IMG/VR virus record: IMGVR_UViG_3300036783_000072
Span: 1 to 63,567 of that record
From: a virus
Lineage: Duplodnaviria > Caudoviricetes
DNA: 63,567 nt
Reading direction: 5' to 3' (one strand)
Positions 20,275 through 28,726 of the stretch are shown one piece after another. Position 1 is the first letter of the stretch. Each line of letters starts with the position of its first letter. The notes under the pieces are model-generated. The model was not told where the DNA came from. It ran no database searches and saw only the letters and a list, made by a program, of their open reading frames with translations. Both the position numbers and the translations under genes were made by a program.

Positions 20275-20666
20275 TGCCTAAAATCCCTTCCGATGAAGAT
20301 TTAGTAGGTTCCATGCCCGCCAAGTATTCAACAAACAGACTTAAGAATGGTGATGCGGAAACAGGGATACTTAATCCTTGGACAGGAACACAAGCATCCA
20401 TTGTCCCAGGAGGCAGTACTGAAAAGTCACAGCACGCCTTTAAGTTAGATAAGTTGAAAGGAAGAATGCAACAAACAGTATCTGCTGGTGGTGTACAGCC
20501 TACCGACTTTAGAATCCGAGGTCATTATCTACCTGAGATTTCTCCATCCGAAGAGGATCCATTAGTACGGGCATATGTAAGAGCAACAGCACATTATGCC
20601 GACGGGTCAAAGGATGAGATCGCGTTACCGGTGAGATCGGTTGCCTCGGACGGAGCGGTAGAATAG
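20274..20666 (+). CDS. Tail protein with CBM-like N-terminus
   Basis: NRLKNGDAE.G..W motif typical of jelly-roll carbohydrate-binding modules. Confidence 0.5.
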   Translation: MPKIPSDEDLVGSMPAKYSTNRLKNGDAETGILNPWTGTQASIVPGGSTEKSQHAFKLDKLKGRMQQTVSAGGVQPTDFRIRGHYLPEISPSEEDPLVRAYVRATAHYADGSKDEIALPVRSVASDGAVE

Positions 20667-20712
20667 CTTCGCACCCACACCCTGGTACGCCGCGTAGAAA
20701 GGAGGAACTTCC

Positions 20713-21276
20713 TTGGCATTGGAGTGGTTAGAATCCGCAGTCAGTACTGTTGATGTATCCTGGAATGAATTTGAAGCAACATTACAGATTGACCAAGATA
20801 AGGAACTACTGACTGTTGACATCGAACTAATTAATAAAGAAGGCTACGCTGGTTACTTCGATGAATTATTTCTGGAGAAGAACCTTTCTAATGATAAGCT
20901 TTTCGCTTCAGAACACACATATATACCAATTGAAAAGATCGAAGCAAATAAACCTTTCGAAAGAGTTGTATTTGGTGCTCTTGATGTTACTCAGATCGCC
21001 CGAATCTCTTATATCCCTGAAGCACCTATGATAGGTAATGATACAAACTATATTCAAATGCAAATAGTACATTGCCAAACCAACAACATAATTGCTACAA
21101 GAACATTCATTAAGGATGTTAACATGGAAGCAAATAAAGTCTTTGGATTCGGACCGGTGAACAAGGAAAAAGCCTTAATCGATATCGATGATGGTGTTAA
21201 GTTGGTTATAGAAACACACGGTTCAGGTATGGAGTTACCTCGTGGAATAATTATTGTCCAATGGGACATTGCCTAG
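20713..21276 (+). CDS. Tail/structural protein
   Basis: AAAGGAGG RBS with TTG start; lies in the tail module. Confidence 0.55.
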   Translation: MALEWLESAVSTVDVSWNEFEATLQIDQDKELLTVDIELINKEGYAGYFDELFLEKNLSNDKLFASEHTYIPIEKIEANKPFERVVFGALDVTQIARISYIPEAPMIGNDTNYIQMQIVHCQTNNIIATRTFIKDVNMEANKVFGFGPVNKEKALIDIDDGVKLVIETHGSGMELPRGIIIVQWDIA

Positions 21277-21286
21277 GAGGGTTTAG

Positions 21287-23782
21287 ATGATAAATTACGA
21301 CAAACTAGAAGAACTATTTGATCAGACCTTCCTTGGTATGGGACGTACTACTACCAAGGCAATGGAACCTGGATCTATAGAAATACAAACGAGTACAAAT
21401 GATATATCCCTAGGCGATGGCTATGCCGAGAATGAAGATTATTTCTTCTCGGTCCTTTCTTTTGATGGGGGAGGAAATAACTATCAACTAATTAGATTTG
21501 ACAAGCGTAAAGGTACGGTTAAAGGTTTTAGCTTAGAGAGTGCTTACTCAGGCTTTCGAGCAGCCGGACTAGGCTTTCCTACTCTCATTGGATGCGAAGG
21601 AGATACAGTCTTCTTTAGTGGTTATGATTATGGGGGCTTTCCTCACGATACGACGTACCCACTATCAGTTAAAGTCGGTGTTATGTCTGTAAATGGTAAT
21701 GGGGTACATTCGATTAAGTCATCAGGCAATATGGGTTCTGTAGTTGAAGCATTAATACCTGCTAATGTGGATGGTATCCCACTAGCTGAGATGTCTCGGG
21801 GTATCTGGTCTACGAATGACGATGCCGGAATGACCATCGGGGCCAAGTATTTCAATACGAGAAACCAGGTGAACAAGGCCGCCTATATTGATGTTGGTTG
21901 TTCAATTAATGGAGGCGTTCATCAGATAGATTCTGGTAAGAGGGACACAGTACCAACAAATGCCACGAATAATGGCTGGCAGGATGAATGGGGCGGCTTC
22001 TGGGTAGGAAGTGAGAGAAGTCCCGTAACTATTAAAAGTTATCCCCGTCAGATTCATTCTGGTTCGGACATTAGGGAAACAAGTAAAATACTTATCTACA
22101 ATCGTGGGTCTATGGCTAGTTCCCAAATTATGCGAAACGATGCCGCTGACTCGGTTTGGTTTCCAAAAACAACTGAACGACGTTCTATATCCTCTGCTCG
22201 AGATGAAGCATCGTTTGGTCGGGCAGTTGCTTTCCAGATACCGCTATACAACACAGTTGCTGGAGCGGAACCTGCAACCTATATCACTAAAGGTGGCGGC
22301 GGCGATCTACTAATCTCAAGTTTCGATCGTAATGGACTCTCAGGAGATTACCTAGGAGTTTTTGCTGTCGATAGTTCGGGTAACTTATATACAGCATGGA
22401 AAGATTCAGGTTCAGCAGGAAATATATATCTACGCAAATTCAGTCCAAGTGGTACTATGATGTGGGATGTCACTCATGCAAAGAATACCGTATTAGGCTA
22501 CTACCTTGATATATATTTCGGGAAGGCTAGAATGAGTCCTAGGTTCATTAAAAACCAATCCAAGTTGATCTTCTCTATGGATGGTGGTGGAGTATTTAGT
22601 ACCTACTATATGCTTTATCAGTATCTAGAACTAGATGGTGCAACGGGTAAGTTTAAGGCCCCACCTCATGATGCTAGTGTATTAGAAAAACCTTCGGGGA
22701 ATAGACCATCAACTTATCTCTACCCTAAGGTCAATAACCATAATGCCAAATTAGGAATTTCTTTGGTCTGTTTAACTGATTATGATGAGGCCTCTAATAC
22801 AGGAAGCAACTGGGGATACAAGTTCTTCTTACTAGACACATATCTTAAGGGGGCATCATCTGCTGGCACTGCTTCAGGAACCTTAATGCCTTATGAAAGG
22901 TTAGATGTTTCGAATGGCTTCCTATTTAAAGTCACAGGTCGAGATGTTCTTGGGAAACCAGTACCTCCAGCAATTTACTGGAACGCAACATTCTACAAAG
23001 ACGGAATACCCCAATCAAGTGGTATGGGAAGTACCGTCGAGATAGGATTTGACAAACCATTCACATTAAGAGTTACCGCAAGACGGCCTGGATATCAATC
23101 CATAGATGAAACTATACGAGTTACTGATCCGGGAGAAATGTTTTTAACCTTAGGACCTTTAGATCTTTCAAAGCAAAAGACTTACTATGTTTCTAATCCA
23201 GCTGAACTAATAGCTGTAAGAGATGATCCAGAAGGTAAGTATATACAAACAAAGGATATTGATATGTCGGGTGTTTACTATGAGACACCATTCATGACTA
23301 AAAGTTATAATCCTTTTGTAGGTTCCTATAACGGGCAAGGATTTAAGATAAAGAACCTTACAATCAATAGTTCAGACTTTTCTGTATATGGGGATGGTTA
23401 TGGTTTATTCGGAACTACACTAAATGCTCAGTTAGGTAACATTATATTAGAAGACGTTACGGTATGGGGGCATACAAGATCAAGTGCTTTGGCTGGCGTG
23501 TTTCAGTTTGAATTGGTAAGCACCGATCCATCGCAAAGTCCACTCCCATTTATAAACAACTGCAGGATCTCAAATGCAGCAATGCACCTTTCTGAATATA
23601 GTGGACACGCCGGAGCCTATATAGGTCATCTTACGTCTACGGAAACCACTAAAGCAATAGCAATACCTGATACTTACCATATGTTCTCCGACCTAGTTGC
23701 TTCGGGTGTCACTTTTGACAATCCCGGCAGTGGTGAACACATAGGAGGCTTTCTGGGTCGTATGGATTGGGGTAACCAATAA
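21287..23782 (+). CDS. Receptor-binding/tail fibre protein, N part
   Basis: Beta-rich; C-terminal YIQTKDID..F.GSYNGQG..I.NL..GLFG block typical of GLUG-type adhesins. Confidence 0.6.
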   Translation: MINYDKLEELFDQTFLGMGRTTTKAMEPGSIEIQTSTNDISLGDGYAENEDYFFSVLSFDGGGNNYQLIRFDKRKGTVKGFSLESAYSGFRAAGLGFPTLIGCEGDTVFFSGYDYGGFPHDTTYPLSVKVGVMSVNGNGVHSIKSSGNMGSVVEALIPANVDGIPLAEMSRGIWSTNDDAGMTIGAKYFNTRNQVNKAAYIDVGCSINGGVHQIDSGKRDTVPTNATNNGWQDEWGGFWVGSERSPVTIKSYPRQIHSGSDIRETSKILIYNRGSMASSQIMRNDAADSVWFPKTTERRSISSARDEASFGRAVAFQIPLYNTVAGAEPATYITKGGGGDLLISSFDRNGLSGDYLGVFAVDSSGNLYTAWKDSGSAGNIYLRKFSPSGTMMWDVTHAKNTVLGYYLDIYFGKARMSPRFIKNQSKLIFSMDGGGVFSTYYMLYQYLELDGATGKFKAPPHDASVLEKPSGNRPSTYLYPKVNNHNAKLGISLVCLTDYDEASNTGSNWGYKFFLLDTYLKGASSAGTASGTLMPYERLDVSNGFLFKVTGRDVLGKPVPPAIYWNATFYKDGIPQSSGMGSTVEIGFDKPFTLRVTARRPGYQSIDETIRVTDPGEMFLTLGPLDLSKQKTYYVSNPAELIAVRDDPEGKYIQTKDIDMSGVYYETPFMTKSYNPFVGSYNGQGFKIKNLTINSSDFSVYGDGYGLFGTTLNAQLGNIILEDVTVWGHTRSSALAGVFQFELVSTDPSQSPLPFINNCRISNAAMHLSEYSGHAGAYIGHLTSTETTKAIAIPDTYHMFSDLVASGVTFDNPGSGEHIGGFLGRMDWGNQ

Positions 23783-23794
23783 GGAGGAATTGAA

Positions 23795-26116
23795 ATGACG
23801 TTATTTAAAAACATCGTCGTAGAGGCGGAAATCAAAGTAAATTCCGAATACGCTAGTTTTATGGGAGGCTTTGCGGGGAGGGTCGATACTCTAACTCCTA
23901 TAGATATGGATACTGTAGGTTGTGTTACTACCTTCAAAGACTTCAAAGGATATAACTGGGGACTTATTGGGAATTTCCGAACAGATGATACACAACATAA
24001 TTTTTCCAACTTAATGATAGATTTACGGTTCCAGAATAGTGCTACGCTTTCTGCTTTTGGTGGTCTCTTCGGAGGCTTATCTGGCATGGGTTCAACATTA
24101 GCCCTATCTAACTTCTATGCGGCCATAAATGCTCCCGGGATGCGTTATAGTTCAAATAATGGCTTGGGTGCTTGGGTTGCCGGAGGTCTTCCTAACTGGG
24201 TAACCTTGACCAGACAGCACTTTGATGGGGACATAAACGGTCTCGGAGTTGATCCTGGAGTTCAGGCAGAAACAACAATAGCCATGAAGAAGAAGGCAAC
24301 TTATGTGGGCTGGGATTTCGATACCATATGGAGTATTAAAGAGGGTAAAGATTATCCTAGATTTAAGTTCGCCAGTCAGGATGCTGGACCTGCGAAGATC
24401 GATATAGAGTTAGATAGTAAGCTTGTCGTTTCGGGAGCGGAAATTCGTGCTGGTGCCTTTAAGAAGATCAAAGCTACGGCGGTTATGCCTGATGGTTCTA
24501 AAGCTGTAATTACTGATGAAGCGGAGATAAAAGTCCTCGATACTACGTTAGTAACAGTTAAGGGAAATAAGCTTTCTGGGGTAAAGGTTGGATATTCTAC
24601 GCTCCAAGTTTCATATGAAGGTTATACAGAAGAAACATCCTTGGAAGTATTTGGACCTGATAAAGTAGAAATTAAACCACTTGAGAGTCCACTATTAAGA
24701 CCAGGAAGAAAGTTACGTTTAAGAGCCTATGCAACATACCGAGATAAGTTCAAAGAAGATTTAGCACTCTTTGGTAAGTGGGTTTCGAGCCAACCATTAG
24801 TAGTTTCCACAACTCAGCAAGGTGTTATTTCAGCACTTAAAATGGGTGAAGCTACTATAACTGTTGGACGCTGGGGAGTTACTGATTCAGTAGATATCAC
24901 AGCAGTCGGAATAACCCCACCGGAAATATATGGCATAGATCTTAATTCGGCGACGGCATATATCTATGTACGTCTTCCTGATCCCGTATTGGAAACAACT
25001 TATCTAAAGGCTACGGCTTATGCAGATAAGGACAAGACGCAAGAGATTGCATCGACCAATATACAAGAGAGTCCACAAGACTTCCGAGTTACTTACGACG
25101 AAGGTATTCACTGGAAGATGCTCGATTCAGGAGGTTTTATTCCGGAGTCACAAGATGATCTATACTGTATTAGATTACTTGTAGGACCGAGACATGCAGT
25201 ATCAATTACGGCTAGTGCAGCACTTATTGGTTCTAATGAAGAGGTACCTGATGATACGTTCCCACCGGTATTAGATATTAAACCACCTACGGGAATATAC
25301 AGCAAGCCAATTCAAATAGTTATTACTGCTAGTGAACCATCTACTATCTACTATACTTTAGATGGAAGTGCCCCAAGTGAAGCCAGTGCAGTTTATAAAG
25401 GGCCTATTGACATCGTACCAGGTGTGGGTGAGGTAGAACTTAGATGCTATGGTATAGATGCCTTGGATAATCCTTCAGAGATATACGAAGCAACATACGT
25501 CTTTGATATCACACCTCCAATTGTTAGTGCTAGTCTTGAAGAAGGCGAATATGCCGAAGCACAGCAGATTGAATTAGAGATGAATGAACTGGGCGAGATT
25601 TATTATACGCTTGATGGTTCTGATCCGTCTAAGACGAATCCAGAAGGGTTCCGCTACGAAGGTCCTATCTACACGGTTGCCGGTGAAACAACGATCCTTA
25701 GGTTCATTGGTTACGATCTTGCCGGTAATGTAAGTGCAATCGAAACACGTGTATATACTTCGAAGCCGGAGGTTGAAGCGGGTCCCGGGACGTCCCTAGA
25801 CAATCCATTGATTATGGAGATTAGTCCGGAATACCAATATGCTTCCAATGCAGATGGTTTTTATACACTCTTTATAACCCTACCTAATTTGGATGTAGGT
25901 CAGAAGTATAAATTCAACACGTACGATGACGATAACTTCGATACGATGTTCATAATCTTTGATGAGGACGGTAATCCTGTCTATGGAGCTGACGATCAAG
26001 GTGATGACTATACAGCAAAATTAGAATGGAAGGCAACAACTAAAACAATGAGGGTAGAATTGAAAAATGCAAACTGGGATGTGTACGAATACACAATACT
26101 ATTCGATAAGGTATGA
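23795..26116 (+). CDS. Adhesin-like tail protein: GLUG-like repeats, Ig-like (Big_2) and Fn3/chitobiase-C-like repeats
   Basis: GGFAG/GGLFG repeats, GWDFDTIW, WVSSQP.V..G.I.A, two IYYTLDGS.P motifs. Confidence 0.65.
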   Translation: MTLFKNIVVEAEIKVNSEYASFMGGFAGRVDTLTPIDMDTVGCVTTFKDFKGYNWGLIGNFRTDDTQHNFSNLMIDLRFQNSATLSAFGGLFGGLSGMGSTLALSNFYAAINAPGMRYSSNNGLGAWVAGGLPNWVTLTRQHFDGDINGLGVDPGVQAETTIAMKKKATYVGWDFDTIWSIKEGKDYPRFKFASQDAGPAKIDIELDSKLVVSGAEIRAGAFKKIKATAVMPDGSKAVITDEAEIKVLDTTLVTVKGNKLSGVKVGYSTLQVSYEGYTEETSLEVFGPDKVEIKPLESPLLRPGRKLRLRAYATYRDKFKEDLALFGKWVSSQPLVVSTTQQGVISALKMGEATITVGRWGVTDSVDITAVGITPPEIYGIDLNSATAYIYVRLPDPVLETTYLKATAYADKDKTQEIASTNIQESPQDFRVTYDEGIHWKMLDSGGFIPESQDDLYCIRLLVGPRHAVSITASAALIGSNEEVPDDTFPPVLDIKPPTGIYSKPIQIVITASEPSTIYYTLDGSAPSEASAVYKGPIDIVPGVGEVELRCYGIDALDNPSEIYEATYVFDITPPIVSASLEEGEYAEAQQIELEMNELGEIYYTLDGSDPSKTNPEGFRYEGPIYTVAGETTILRFIGYDLAGNVSAIETRVYTSKPEVEAGPGTSLDNPLIMEISPEYQYASNADGFYTLFITLPNLDVGQKYKFNTYDDDNFDTMFIIFDEDGNPVYGADDQGDDYTAKLEWKATTKTMRVELKNANWDVYEYTILFDKV

Positions 26117-26220
26117 GTGTATAGACTGGAAAGGAGGTGAGGCTTTTGTATATGGTACGCTCTCCCACAAGTATACCGTTTGCATGGTTCTGATCAAAGT
26201 ATAATTATGGGGGTTATTAT

Positions 26221-26616
26221 ATGGAAGCAATATCAGAGATAGCGACGAGCCAAGCAGTATGGGCCATATTGTGTATCGGTCTTGTGGGAGCGGTTTTAAA
26301 AGGACTACGTAAAGATGGTAGTGAACGTGAAGACAAAATAATTTCATTGTATGAGGCGGCTCGCATTGAATCACAAAAGCGTGAATCCAGATTATTGGAT
26401 CACTTGGAGCGGTCAAATGAGAGCCAGGAGAAGTCCCTAGAGATACTAGGGGCTATCCAGCTCACACAAGAAGCTACTATCGGCGGGATCGAAAAAGTAA
26501 ATCAAGTCCAGGGAGAAATGCAGGTATCTTTGGGTAAGTTAGAAGTTCGTGTTGGAGATATTGAAACACATACTAAAGGAGGAGAAACATCATATCTAGT
26601 CAAGCGAAACAACTAG
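26221..26616 (+). CDS. BhlA/UviB-like holin
   Basis: SQAVWAIL transmembrane segment then RE.K and coiled coil; lysis-module position. Confidence 0.7.
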   Translation: MEAISEIATSQAVWAILCIGLVGAVLKGLRKDGSEREDKIISLYEAARIESQKRESRLLDHLERSNESQEKSLEILGAIQLTQEATIGGIEKVNQVQGEMQVSLGKLEVRVGDIETHTKGGETSYLVKRNN

Positions 26617-26867
26617 TTGTATTAATTGCAGGGTTTTTGGGGTCTATTTATTTATTCTTACAAACAATTGGGGTATCCTTTGATTGGTTCACCGAGGATT
26701 CAATTGATGCCTTTTCAAATTGTGTTGCGGCAAGTATTGCTCTAGCCGTAGTTGCTTATGGTATTTACAAGAATACTTATGTACTTACTAGCCGGGCACG
26801 TGAAGAAAAGAAAATATTAGACGAACACAAAGAGGACGAAGACGAAGACGAGTTCGATAACGAATAG
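26592..26867 (+). CDS. Second holin-like membrane protein, probable ATA start
   Basis: Two hydrophobic segments and YGIYKNTY; AAAGGAGG at 26575-26582 lies 9 nt before in-frame ATA 26592. Confidence 0.6.
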   Translation: MSSQAKQLVVLIAGFLGSIYLFLQTIGVSFDWFTEDSIDAFSNCVAASIALAVVAYGIYKNTYVLTSRAREEKKILDEHKEDEDEDEFDNE

Positions 26868-26878
26868 GAGGAATTATT

Positions 26879-27514
26879 ATGTCAAAACAATTCATTAAAC
26901 CGTGTGAAGGGGTACTGACTTCACCGTTCGGCTGGCGCACTATCTTTGGAGCACGAAATTGGCACCAAGGAATTGATTTGGCGAAAGCAGGAACTATTTC
27001 AATCAGAGCAGCAGCAGCAGGACAAGTTGTCTATTCTGGCGTATTAAGTACTTATGGTAATACAGTTCGCATTGTCCATAATCTCAATGGCGTAACGTGG
27101 GAAACAAACTATGCACACTTGAAACTGAACTCACAAACAGTAAAAGTTGGGGATTCAGTAGCTCAAGGGCAAATCATTGGTATTATGGGTTCTACAGGGC
27201 AAGTAACGGGACAACATCTTCACTTTGAAATTCATAAAGGGAGATATGCACCAGGACAACCTAATGCGGTTGATCCATGGCCACTGATCGAACAGACCGA
27301 TTATGTAGCTAGTGTCAAACCGTCTAAACCAACTACGACAACAAAACCGAAACCAAAACCAAAGGTGTACTTGTCTATAGTTGATTACCTAAAAGATCAT
27401 GACAAGCCATCGGGTATAGCAGCACGTAAGGTGTTAGCTAAACAGCTTAAGATTCCTAACTATACAGGTACAGAAAAGCAAAATGAGTTGATGTTAAAGA
27501 TGTTACAGAAGTAA
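26879..27514 (+). CDS. Endolysin: M23 peptidase with C-terminal cell-wall-binding domain
   Basis: HQGID, YAHL and HLHFE motifs; Pro/Lys linker; SIVDYLK..R..LA..YTGT..QN domain. Confidence 0.9.
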   Translation: MSKQFIKPCEGVLTSPFGWRTIFGARNWHQGIDLAKAGTISIRAAAAGQVVYSGVLSTYGNTVRIVHNLNGVTWETNYAHLKLNSQTVKVGDSVAQGQIIGIMGSTGQVTGQHLHFEIHKGRYAPGQPNAVDPWPLIEQTDYVASVKPSKPTTTTKPKPKPKVYLSIVDYLKDHDKPSGIAARKVLAKQLKIPNYTGTEKQNELMLKMLQK

Positions 27515-27602
27515 TTCGGGCTTATCAGCTTTTGTATCCCTTTAGCAATTTAAGCATTGATATATGTATGTTCATTATGTATAGATTCTCTCCGAATCGA
27601 TT

Positions 27603-27644
27603 AAAAGAAAAGGCTTAAGGACCTATGTCCCTAAGCCTCTTTTT
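27603..27644. terminator. Bidirectional terminator between convergent arms
   Basis: A run, AGGCTTAAGGAC/GTCCCTAAGCCT stem, T run. Confidence 0.75.
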
Positions 27645-28362
27645 ATTTCTGTGGAGCTTGCCAAGCAATCTGTACATTCTTTCTTCCGAAAGCAATTGTT
27701 TGTTCGTAGGACTGTCTGAATACGTCAATTACTATCCCCGGAGCATTTCGCATAGCCCCTCCTGTATCTGCAGCAATACCTTCTTCAGTAGAACCATCAC
27801 CATAAGTTAGGATAATCTTACTACCATATGGGATCCGTTTTGGGTCAACTGCAAACTTACCATAACCCACCGTAAGACCAATTGAAGTCTTGGTCGGATC
27901 TCCCATTGATTCAATACCGCTACGATTATCAAGTGGACTGTATGCAGTAGCTTGTCCATTAGCCGTCTTCCAGCCTGCAGGTACCTTAACGACATGTTTG
28001 CTAGTCGTTCTGGCTTTTACCGCCTGCAGACTTAACTGCTTTTTTAACTTCTTGTTCTCCCTGACTAAAACCTTATTCTTGTCCTTGAGCAGTTGGATCT
28101 GCTTGTTACTCTTCTTTGCTTTCTTCTCTAGACCCAACATTTTAGTATGTGTAATCTGTAATGATTCACCCAGCTGTTTGTTCATACTATCTACTAAGGC
28201 AATTCTTCCTTTAACTTTGTCCAACTGTTCTTCGGAATCCTCTCTAAGGTTGTTAATTAGTAAAGCCTCTCCACATAACGTTATGGAAAGTGTCCCAATA
28301 AGTACTAAGGGCAATATCGACTTCCTCTTATTGCTTTTCCCCACTTCCATTCCCCCTGACAA
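27643..28362 (-). CDS. Membrane-anchored 3D-domain (MltA-like) cell-wall protein
   Basis: N-terminal TM, coiled coil, ATAYS..AVDPKRIPYGS..ADTGGA..IDVF (three Asp). Confidence 0.85.
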   Translation of the reverse strand: MSGGMEVGKSNKRKSILPLVLIGTLSITLCGEALLINNLREDSEEQLDKVKGRIALVDSMNKQLGESLQITHTKMLGLEKKAKKSNKQIQLLKDKNKVLVRENKKLKKQLSLQAVKARTTSKHVVKVPAGWKTANGQATAYSPLDNRSGIESMGDPTKTSIGLTVGYGKFAVDPKRIPYGSKIILTYGDGSTEEGIAADTGGAMRNAPGIVIDVFRQSYEQTIAFGRKNVQIAWQAPQK

Positions 28363-28394
28363 TGTATTGTACCCCGCGGCAGAGCTACTAGAAC

Positions 28395-28724
28395 TTAAAG
28401 TACCCCACCCTGGTACGCCGCATCGAACTTCTCTTGCGGAAGATATAACGTCTTGCGTACTATCTCGTGAGGGGTGAAACCATGACGTTTACAATGCATG
28501 TCTAAAAGATTATGATAACCTCCAGCAGCCTCAACCTGCTCCATAGTGAATGCAAAATCTAATAAACCCCCTTCACCATCACTATAGGTGTGATGATAAA
28601 GACCGTCCCGCGAACTATCAACAATAACCTCAATATACATTTCAGGAGCCAAGAACGAAGTATCCAAGTTCTTGACTATTTCCTGACTACGATAATCCAA
28701 AAAATACCTATCCACATCTATCAC
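28395..28724 (-). CDS. Hypothetical protein
   Basis: ORF in operon downstream of the polymerase. Confidence 0.6.
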   Translation of the reverse strand: MIDVDRYFLDYRSQEIVKNLDTSFLAPEMYIEVIVDSSRDGLYHHTYSDGEGGLLDFAFTMEQVEAAGGYHNLLDMHCKRHGFTPHEIVRKTLYLPQEKFDAAYQGGVL

Positions 28725-28726
28725 CC

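Noticed and set aside
21287-26116. Diversity-generating retroelement or invertible tail-fibre cassette
   Set aside because: No reverse transcriptase, invertase or template/variable repeat pair was seen.
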